IMG/VR virus record: IMGVR_UViG_3300044613_005025
Location: 1-54,965 of that record
From: a virus
Lineage: Duplodnaviria; Caudoviricetes
Direction: 5' to 3' (one strand)
DNA length: 54,965 nucleotides
Below the pieces are notes generated by a model. The model did not search any database, was not told the DNA's origin, and worked only from the letters and a program-made list of their open reading frames with translations. The position numbers and the translations under genes were made by a program. Shown piece by piece: positions 47,787-54,965 of the stretch. Each line of letters starts with the position of its first letter. Within the stretch, counting starts at the first letter, position 1.

Positions 47787-48833
47787 ATGACCGATTCACA
47801 CGGATACGAGCGAGCGGCTGCCAGGAACCGTGCCGCTGCAGGGGCGATGAGCCGGCTGACGCCTGAATCGATCCGCGCCTCTCAGGCCGAACTGCCGCCG
47901 ATCGGCACGGTGATCACCGAGCTGCGCCGCCAGGACCCCTACATCCAGCAGGAGCAGCACCGCTACCGCTCACCGCGGGGCTTCCAGAGCTGGGCCAACC
48001 ACCTGGCCTACGCCGCTCTGATCGAGGCAGGGCTGGAGGTAATGGATGAGCTGAACGACCCGATCGGGTTCTGGGCTGCCACCACATGCCGCTGGGCCCG
48101 GATCGTGGAGGCGCCGCCACGCTTCCTGGCGCCGGAACTGGCCGAGGCCTTCCGCCGCACCCCCTCTCCCCGCCTGGATGAGGACTTCCCGCAGGTGCTG
48201 CCCTGCTTCCGGCTGATGCTCCCCGATGGCGCCCTGTTCACCGAGGACAAGGTGCCGATCCCGGTGGTGATCGTGGCCGACCTGCGGGCGATGGCCGACT
48301 GGCTTCCGCCTGAGGCCAAGCGGATCGGTGGCATCAGCTGCGTGGGCCTGGCCCTCGATGGCAGCAGCTACCTCACCCGCCACTCCTTTGAGCAGATCGG
48401 CGAGCGCAACCCTACCGTGGACGACCTCAGCCATCCGGCCTGGCATTGGGACGAGCAGGCGGTGCAGAGCACCAACCAGCGGATGGAGGGCTTGGCGATC
48501 AATGCCCTGCTGGTGCAGCTCTACCAGCCGGACCTGCTCTCCACCGCCCCTGCCGCCAAGGTGCGCAGCGGCAAGGGCTTCGCCGGTGGAGGCGATCCCG
48601 ACGGCACGGTGAGCCCGCAGGGCCCGGTGTGGATCGGCAAGGACTTCCGGCTCGATCGCACCCCCAGGGCCGCAACACCTGGCTCCCCTGCCGGCAGCGG
48701 TGGCAGCGGCACCACCCGCAGGCCCCACTGGCGCCGGGGCCACTGGCACACCGTTCTGCATGGCGAGAAACGCCAGAGCCGTCGGATGCAGTGGTTCCAG
48801 CCGGTGTATGTGGGGCTCAGCAGCGCAGATTGA
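47787..48833 (+). CDS. Hypothetical phage-type protein with C-terminal PHWRRGHW motif
   Basis: 348-aa ORF ending RRPHWRRGHWHTV..G......WFQPVYVG. Confidence 0.8.
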   Translation: MTDSHGYERAAARNRAAAGAMSRLTPESIRASQAELPPIGTVITELRRQDPYIQQEQHRYRSPRGFQSWANHLAYAALIEAGLEVMDELNDPIGFWAATTCRWARIVEAPPRFLAPELAEAFRRTPSPRLDEDFPQVLPCFRLMLPDGALFTEDKVPIPVVIVADLRAMADWLPPEAKRIGGISCVGLALDGSSYLTRHSFEQIGERNPTVDDLSHPAWHWDEQAVQSTNQRMEGLAINALLVQLYQPDLLSTAPAAKVRSGKGFAGGGDPDGTVSPQGPVWIGKDFRLDRTPRAATPGSPAGSGGSGTTRRPHWRRGHWHTVLHGEKRQSRRMQWFQPVYVGLSSAD

Positions 48834-48898
48834 CCCGGGCGCGAACTACGCCCCCACCGGAGAAAGCCGGAGGCGGGGCCGCCCCCGGCCAGGGGAGC

Positions 48899-49111
48899 TC
48901 AGAGCACCCGCACCTCTGCTTGAGGCGCGAGCACCCGCTGCTGATTGGAGGCCAGGATCAGCGCCTCTTCGAGGGGCACGTAGTGCGGCTCAGCAGAGAT
49001 GTGCCCCTCGCGATCGAGGAAGAGAACCCTGAGGAGCCGGCCAGTGGCATCAAGCAGATGCACCGAGACGATGCGGATCGGGAAGGTGCGGCTGAGAGGA
49101 TTGGCGGCCAT
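48899..49111 (-). CDS. Hypothetical 70-aa protein (apparent paralog of 25181-25399)
   Basis: IRIVSVH...VLFLDREG...VPLEEALILA; preceded by a hairpin element. Confidence 0.65.
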   Translation of the reverse strand: MAANPLSRTFPIRIVSVHLLDATGRLLRVLFLDREGHISAEPHYVPLEEALILASNQQRVLAPQAEVRVL

Positions 49112-49141
49112 GGCTGGGCTGGCGAACGACACCGCCGTCAA

Positions 49142-49217
49142 GCCCCGGCGCCGCCAGCACTGCGCAAGGATCGCGCAGCGACTCGCGTCAGTCCTTGCGC
49201 AGCGCGCAAGCCGGGGC
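49142..49217. repeat. Dispersed hairpin element, copy 5
   Basis: GCCCCGGC...CTGCGCAAGGA-TCGC-GCA-GCGA-CTCGCGTCAG-TCCTTGCGCAG...GCCGGGGC. Confidence 0.7.
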
Positions 49218-49558
49218 AGACCGGGTGGCGTGATCGCCAGGCACCCAGCAGTGCCACCCGCAAGTAGTCGGAGGGCAGGGTGCCCATGTCGGTTCCACCC
49301 CTGGAGGCTAGAAGCGGCCTCTATTAGTCGCATCCGACCACATCAGCTGCAGCGCGAATAGCCGAAGCCCAGCGATTACCACCTAAACGGAAGGGGGCCT
49401 CAACGCACGAACCCACCCCAACAGCGAACAACTGGAAAAAATGTCAGCATGTGCTGACATCTGCGCTAAGACAGTAACTCCTCAGATCGCTTGTAGCGCA
49501 AGGATTCCAGAATCTAAAACCTGAAGAAATCTGGAAGCTTGCTTGATGGGGTCGTAGC

Positions 49559-49612
49559 TTACTAGTTCTCTGTGCATCATGCGGACTCGCATGGAGCACA
49601 GAGAACTAGTAA
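49559..49612. repeat. Long inverted repeat (54 nt)
   Basis: TTACTAGTTCTCTGTGC-AT-CATGCG-GACT-CGCATG-GA-GCACAGAGAACTAGTAA. Confidence 0.85.
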
Positions 49613-49808
49613 AAATCAATGCTTCCGCTGCAATTCTTAACCGATTGTGTTGGTCACATCGTGGCGGGTCAGTTAATTTGTTCCTATCGGCCGTGACGCC
49701 ATCTGTGGTGTCTGCTTAGGGGAAGCCCCCAGATGCAGCGCACCCAGGGGCTCTTAAGCCGACGTGCTGTTAGCGCAGCACGCCATCAGACAACCCGAAG
49801 GAGTCATC

Positions 49809-50945
49809 TTGACTGAAATTACCGCGCCACAGAGCGTGCAGCCACACTGCGCGCGTCTTGTTAACAGGCCAGAACAGGCCCTGGATGCAGTCCACCGCAG
49901 CTCCAAAAAGCCCAGGGGACTGGATCACCTCAAGGAAATTCAGCCCCCAGCTGAAGCCAACGCCTACGCGGCGCAACTGCGCAAGGTCCGCTACGGGCCA
50001 GCGACACTGGACGCCTTCCTGATGCCGGATGGCAGCTTCCGCTTCTCGATGCGGAGCGCCGCGGCCTCGGTGCACATGCTCTCCAACTCCCAGGCTCAAC
50101 GCACGATCGAGCGCGTTGTTCAGGGGAACATGCCTGAACCAGGGCCTGCACAGATCCCTGTGATCGCAGGTGATCCGGCGGTCCGCACGCCCTGCCCAGG
50201 GCCTCTGCTGCTGGATGTGCCCTTTGCGGGGCCCGCAGGTTATGCGACGACCATGGACCACCAGACGCTCATCCGCTTCTGGGGGGAGCTCAGCCGGACG
50301 TCGCGGACCTATGGCCCAGCGGCTGTGCGCATGCTTGAGATCGGCGCTGAGGTTTCACTGATCGCGCTGTGCCAGCAGGCCTTCGGGATCGTGGACCACC
50401 GCTCGGTAGAAGAGCGGCTGCTGGAAGCCTGGATCGACCTCGGTACAGAGCGCCCTGAACCGCTGTTTGATGCTCAGTTCCGGCAGTTCTACGAATCGGT
50501 CGTTGGTCATCGCTGGGGGTCTCCCGCTACCGCAAGCTGCCTCGCTGATCTCGTGTATCACCGCATCCCGCCTCAGGTTTATCAGGCCCTGAAGGACATC
50601 AACCCGGTGACGCGGCCGATCCTGATCAACAGCAAAGGCGAGCAGGTTGGATTCCGGGAGCGACCCATGCACACCCTGATCAGTGATTTTGCGTTTGCTC
50701 GGGCGATCAAGCCGATCGTGGAGGCGGCAAAGGTGCTTCTGGCCATCACGCCAAAGGGGCAGTTCCGGGAAGTGTTGAGGGTCTTGGACTCGACAAATCA
50801 GCGGTACAAATTCCGCGGCCGGAAAGCTCTCTGCGGCGCGACCAATCAGCCCCGACTAGCTCCTGCCCCCGCGAAGTGGCCCCATCAGCGTGGTGGGGGA
50901 CGCGCCAAGCAGATGCCGTTGCTTGGTGATCAGTCATGTCCCTAA
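49809..50945 (+). CDS. P63C-domain phage regulatory protein
   Basis: LDAFLMPDGSFRFS N-terminal motif; DLVYHRIPPQVYQALKDINP...G.R....H; GAAGGAG RBS before TTG. Confidence 0.7.
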   Translation: MTEITAPQSVQPHCARLVNRPEQALDAVHRSSKKPRGLDHLKEIQPPAEANAYAAQLRKVRYGPATLDAFLMPDGSFRFSMRSAAASVHMLSNSQAQRTIERVVQGNMPEPGPAQIPVIAGDPAVRTPCPGPLLLDVPFAGPAGYATTMDHQTLIRFWGELSRTSRTYGPAAVRMLEIGAEVSLIALCQQAFGIVDHRSVEERLLEAWIDLGTERPEPLFDAQFRQFYESVVGHRWGSPATASCLADLVYHRIPPQVYQALKDINPVTRPILINSKGEQVGFRERPMHTLISDFAFARAIKPIVEAAKVLLAITPKGQFREVLRVLDSTNQRYKFRGRKALCGATNQPRLAPAPAKWPHQRGGGRAKQMPLLGDQSCP

Positions 50946-51062
50946 AGGCCACATCTTCAGCGACTGGAAAGCTGCAACTCCATCTGTTCCCTGCTGGAGA
51001 TCAGTGCTCAGGCCCTGCCGCCCCTGCGATCGCAATGACCACAGTTAAAGCCCATGTTCGTA

Positions 51063-51533
51063 ATGACCAATTCCCTGCCCATGACGGGCGTCCTGCATCA
51101 GATCAACTGGTATGGAACATCTCCTTACGGGGTTCCGTTTGCTGTCGTCAGCATTATCGACGCAGCCAACAACGTCCACCGAGCGCTGGTCTGCAGCCAG
51201 CGCTTTGGTGACCTGTCACGCCTCTCTGAGTTTGAGGGCTTACGCGTGAATCTGGTGGCAACTCCAAATGGGCTACAGCTCAAGTCGATTGCCGAGCAGA
51301 TCCCACCTGAGCTGCAACTGGAAGAGGATGGGCACTTGGAGGCGATGCATGAATCCGGTGATGCACCGGTTGATGCAGCCAACCAGATCCATGTTTGTGG
51401 CACTTCGCTCGACGCTGTCGATCCGACAGCGGAGACGATCCCCTTGAACAAGCTGCAGGAGGTGGTAGCGACCGTGGCCAAGCTGGCCCGTGATCTGCGG
51501 CTCCCTACCTGCGTGTGGATCCACCTTCCGTAG
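51063..51533 (+). CDS. Hypothetical protein
   Basis: 156-aa ORF followed by a terminator. Confidence 0.6.
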   Translation: MTNSLPMTGVLHQINWYGTSPYGVPFAVVSIIDAANNVHRALVCSQRFGDLSRLSEFEGLRVNLVATPNGLQLKSIAEQIPPELQLEEDGHLEAMHESGDAPVDAANQIHVCGTSLDAVDPTAETIPLNKLQEVVATVAKLARDLRLPTCVWIHLP

Positions 51534-51561
51534 GGCGAGCTGATCCAGCCCATCACGTCTG

Positions 51562-51587
51562 CCCCCGCCTTTTGGCGGGGGTTTTTT
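51562..51587 (+). terminator. Rho-independent terminator
   Basis: CCCCCGCC-TTTT-GGCGGGGG-TTTTTT. Confidence 0.85.
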
Positions 51588-51612
51588 GATGTCGTGGGCC
51601 GGCCTGCGAATC

Positions 51613-52461
51613 TCAGGCCGCATCAGCAGACACCAGTTGAACTCGGCTGGGCTGGTGCTGCACCAGGAAGGCTTCGATCCAATCGTGATGACACCGCTGG
51701 CAGATCCGATCAGCAATCGATGGGGCATCGGGCGGCACCTGGAAGCGCTTGCGGAACGCCTTGGTGAAGCCCTCCAGGGCGGGCCGGGGCAGAGAGCGGA
51801 TGATGCTGTGGAGCTGGTGGATCGTGGCGCTATCCAGCGGTGCCAGGGCTGGATCGTCCGGCTCAGCATCACGGGGCTCAACTACCGGACCCCGCTGTGG
51901 CTGGCTGGGCTGCTGGTGGCCATGTCCCGTCCCTGGGCTGGGGACAGGAGCGAGATCCCGATGCCCAGGGCAGACCTGTTCCTCGCCGCCGGTCGACGAT
52001 GTCACCCCACGCTGGAGACGGTCATAAAGAGCCAGGCCAAACGGATTCCCGAAGGTCATCAGGGCCCGCTTCATGGCATCGGTCTCGGCTTCCTTGATAG
52101 CCGATTCATGGGCCTGGCCCAGGTCGATGTCGATGCCGTGGCCGGCTCCGCTTCCTTCACGGATCAGAGGCCCCGCGTCGGTGGCACCCACCGTGATACG
52201 GACGCGGGCGGTATAGGTGACGCTCCAGCCAGAGCGACCATCACGGCCAATCGAGCGCTCGCTCTGGTTGACGCAATCCACGGCGATGGTTTCGCGCTGC
52301 CAGCCGTCAAAGCCAAAGATGCGGTTGGCTTCGGCGATGGCTTGCCATCCCTCGAGGTAGCTGACCTTGGCGCGGCCCTGATCGCGCTGCTTGACCTTGG
52401 AGCGATCGAGCGGGGCCGAGAGAGCAGCGATCTGCTCAGGCGAGAAGACGGCGGTTGCCAT
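51613..52461 (-). CDS. Rad52/Rad22 (Sak-like) single-strand annealing protein
   Basis: SYLEGWQAIAEANRIFGFDGW, REGSGAG, A.KEAETDAMKRAL.TFGNPFGLALY. Confidence 0.92.
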   Translation of the reverse strand: MATAVFSPEQIAALSAPLDRSKVKQRDQGRAKVSYLEGWQAIAEANRIFGFDGWQRETIAVDCVNQSERSIGRDGRSGWSVTYTARVRITVGATDAGPLIREGSGAGHGIDIDLGQAHESAIKEAETDAMKRALMTFGNPFGLALYDRLQRGVTSSTGGEEQVCPGHRDLAPVPSPGTGHGHQQPSQPQRGPVVEPRDAEPDDPALAPLDSATIHQLHSIIRSLPRPALEGFTKAFRKRFQVPPDAPSIADRICQRCHHDWIEAFLVQHQPSRVQLVSADAA

Positions 52462-52565
52462 TGCTGGTTCTGGGTATGAGGAAGGTTGGAGATCGGGAGG
52501 GGAGGACAGGGGCCCGCTGCAGGAGCGGGCCGATTGAGGAGGGGCGATGCCCCCTCTGGCAGCCG

Positions 52566-53186
52566 TCAGTGGATGCGCCAGGAACGGCGGGAAAGGAGCT
52601 GAGCACCGCTGATCTGGCGGCCCGCCTTCAGGGCCTCTTTGATGGCGGCTCTGTCGGGCTTCCTGGTGGTCGTGACCATGAGCCACTCAGGATCGAGGGC
52701 CTCCTCGTCATCAATCACCACGGCCGAGGATTTGCGGCTGCTGAGCTCGTGATTGGGGAACGAGAAGCGGGTGGCTGCCGGCTGCAGCTGGGTGAGGACA
52801 AAGATCAGCGACTCCTCAAGGGCATCGGCTCGGCCTGCATCGGAGCGGGCCAGATCGTTGAGACGCTTGGCCTGCTGCTGCCGGTAGGCGGCTTGACCGC
52901 GCAGGTGCTCGATCACCCAGCAGGTGGCATCGGCCTTGGCGGCAAGGGCGGCCTTGTTGCCCTCCTCGGCCAGCAGGGCAGCCTCCAGCTCAGCGAGGGC
53001 CTGGGCGCGGGCGTCGTCGTCATCGGTTTCGAGCTGCTCGGCGAGCTGGCCGATGGCGGTGGTGAGCTCCTGGGCCTCGATGCCCAGCTGCCAGAGGGAG
53101 CCTGATCGCTGCAGGGAGCAGGACGGGCCGGCGGCCTGAGGGAGAGCCGGGGCGAGAGGAGCGACGGGGGCGGTGAGAACGGCCAT
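52566..53186 (-). CDS. Siphovirus Gp157 family protein
   Basis: Coiled coil plus RKS..V.I.DE..L..EW......PDR.AIKEALKAG.QI.GA.L. Confidence 0.88.
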   Translation of the reverse strand: MAVLTAPVAPLAPALPQAAGPSCSLQRSGSLWQLGIEAQELTTAIGQLAEQLETDDDDARAQALAELEAALLAEEGNKAALAAKADATCWVIEHLRGQAAYRQQQAKRLNDLARSDAGRADALEESLIFVLTQLQPAATRFSFPNHELSSRKSSAVVIDDEEALDPEWLMVTTTRKPDRAAIKEALKAGRQISGAQLLSRRSWRIH

Positions 53187-53237
53187 GGGGATGGGAATGT
53201 GAGAAGTGAACGAGAAGAACGCGGCGGCGAATGCCGC

Positions 53238-53759
53238 TCAGGCAGCGAGGGGCTCGGAAGAGAACGGCGGCGGCACTTCCATCACCACCACCGGCACCGG
53301 CGAACGGGAGGAGCAACGGCGGGCTTGCTGCACCAGCGAGGCCGTGCCTGCCCCACCGGGGAAGGCGATCACCAGCACCGAAGCGCTGAACGCTGGGGAG
53401 GTGTGGGCCTGGGCCTCCACCAGGGCCTGCTCCAGCAGGAGGCGATTGCGGATCGGACCGGCAGCCCGGCCATGGCGGCGCCAATCAGCGGCGAGGGCCT
53501 GGACCTGCCAGCCGAGCTGCTGGGCGGCACGGCCGATGGCGCGATCAGCGCCACGGGCCCCGCCATGGAGCAGCCGATGGACAGGCCGGCCGGCACTGCG
53601 ATGGAGGAGAGCCGCGGCGATGCGCTCCTGAGGCCAGGAGAGATCGCGACCACCAGCCGCGACGATGACGACCGAGCGATGGGCCAGTACCGGCGGCAGC
53701 AGAAGACCGGGAAGCGGCAATGCAGCGGCCTGGGCCACTGCAGCAGAGGACAAGCTCAT
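53238..53759 (-). CDS. SLOG superfamily (DUF2493/YspA-like) protein
   Basis: GGRD, HGGARGAD, ADW..HG.AAGPIRN, AFPGG.GT. Confidence 0.88.
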   Translation of the reverse strand: MSLSSAAVAQAAALPLPGLLLPPVLAHRSVVIVAAGGRDLSWPQERIAAALLHRSAGRPVHRLLHGGARGADRAIGRAAQQLGWQVQALAADWRRHGRAAGPIRNRLLLEQALVEAQAHTSPAFSASVLVIAFPGGAGTASLVQQARRCSSRSPVPVVVMEVPPPFSSEPLAA

Positions 53760-54380
53760 GGGCTACAGAGCAAACGAACGGGGCAAGTTGTCCGAGGATT
53801 TCGTTGCCGCAGGCGATGGGCTCGTGGCCTTTGGCGCAGCCCTTATTCTACCAGTACAAACGCACTGAGCCGTGGGCAGAGCGGCTGCGGGGCAATGGAT
53901 CTACGCAAAGCAAAGCAATGCGCTGATGGATCGGAAAGCTGATAAGCAGACACGCCAGATTCGGCACTGAATGCCCAGCCGGCCGCGCAGCCGCGCGAGG
54001 AAAACTGGGCTTCACCTCAGCCCAATCGATGCGGGTGAGGGCCGCGCCACCGCAGCCGCGGGAGGACAGCCCTGCCTGCCACCCCAACACCGGCCCCGGA
54101 GCGGAGGGCGGCGGCGGCTGGCCGATGCACGCCACGGCGCAGCCGTGGCACGCTGAAGGACGGCCGCCGCCGACTGGAGCCCTGCGGTGACCCCCAGAGA
54201 AATGCGACATCGCCGTCCAGAGTCTCTGAAGTTTGACAAACAGAGAGGACTGCACCTCCCCTGAATAACGCGCCCGTCGGCCAGCAGCGTGTCTCACGCG
54301 TCCCACTGCTGTATCAGTCGCTATGTGTGCGGTGTACTGGCTCCGCGGTTCTCCAGGTCGCCTGGCTGCTTTCAAGGGCA

Positions 54381-54403
54381 AAACATCTCACCAAACATCT
54401 CAC
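54381..54403. promoter_or_regulatory. Candidate integrase arm-type sites
   Basis: Direct repeat AAACATCTCAC twice, about 60 bp from the att core; related TCTCAC/GTGAGA near 54290 and 54441. Confidence 0.55.
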
Positions 54404-54461
54404 ATGGGGCTTTTCCGCTATTGAGAAGACTGCTCTAGCAGTGAGACTGGGCGATTTATGG

Positions 54462-54508
<47 letters not shown>

Positions 54509-54692
54509 TCTTGATCACCCCCATGCCTGGCCACAGTTCCAGGGGATCCCTTGCTGCTCTATGGGTGTGCAATCTGCTGGGTATGGCTGATGCTGATGCT
54601 GTGCTCGGCTGTCTTGCTCAGGGAACAAGGCTGAAAAAAAGCCCGCAGATCGATAGATCTGCGGGCCATGAGAAAGGAATTAGGAAAAAGCT

Positions 54693-54965
54693 TCAGAAAA
54701 GACCCAAGGTCAGGGATTTGTCGATGGGCAAGGCTGCACCGATGCCGAGATAGATGGTGAAGAAGGTGCCAAACAAGAACACCGCCATGGCCACGGGGCG
54801 ACGGAAGGGGTTCTGAAACTTGTTGAAGCTCTCGATAAAGGGAACCATCATCAGGCCCAGGGGCACCATGGTTTGCAGAGCGATACCGAGAAGCTTGTTG
54901 GGCACCACCCGAAGAATCTGAAACACGGGATAGAGGTACCACTCAGGAAGAATTTCCAATGGGGT
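54693..54965 (-). CDS. petD: Cytochrome b6f subunit IV, 3' part (host gene, truncated by window edge)
   Basis: [19 protein letters not shown]...[10 protein letters not shown]...LTLGLF. Confidence 0.97.
   Translation of the reverse strand, partial: TPLEILPEWYLYPVFQILRVVPNKLLGIALQTMVPLGLMMVPFIESFNKFQNPFRRPVAMAVFLFGTFFTIYLGIGAALPIDKSLTLGLF

Noticed and set aside
49559-49612. Retron msd or protelomerase target
   Set aside because: No reverse transcriptase or protelomerase is encoded; kept only as an unexplained hairpin
6821-51033. Scattered HIP1 octamers (GCGATCGC)
   Set aside because: Only a handful seen, plausible background for GC-rich cyanobacterial DNA; no clustering

Overview
The window is almost entirely one integrated, prophage-like element of about 54.5 kb in a GC-rich picocyanobacterium (Cyanobium/Synechococcus-like, inferred from the flanking petD and composition). 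It starts at a tyrosine integrase (left attachment site lies outside the window) and ends at a duplicated 3' half of tRNA-Gly(TCC) at 54463-54508 (attR), followed by host petD. Core modules: integrase/excisionase; early and recombination genes (BRO, T7 gp2.5-like SSB, ERF-like, XRE, VRR-NUC, helicase); a P4-alpha-like primase-helicase with an iteron-rich origin; terminase, portal, scaffold, major capsid and fibre-like proteins but no recognisable tail; a holin-like plus YkuD lysis pair; two sigma-70 family factors; and a SLOG-Gp157-Rad52 operon. Cargo: a dynamin-like gene pair, a four-gene DUF499/DUF3780/DUF1156/PLD-SNF2 restriction-like anti-phage system, and a small array of integron-type cassettes bounded by attC-like sites with no IntI. 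The most unusual signals are the tail-less capsid-forming architecture, a dispersed co-oriented hairpin family upstream of minus-strand genes (resembling single-stranded-DNA promoters), the attC array (two sites with GAC/GTC cores), and a TGGCAA motif before late genes that may be read by a sigma factor lacking region 4. Protein calls rest on motif recognition by eye; no database searches were run.
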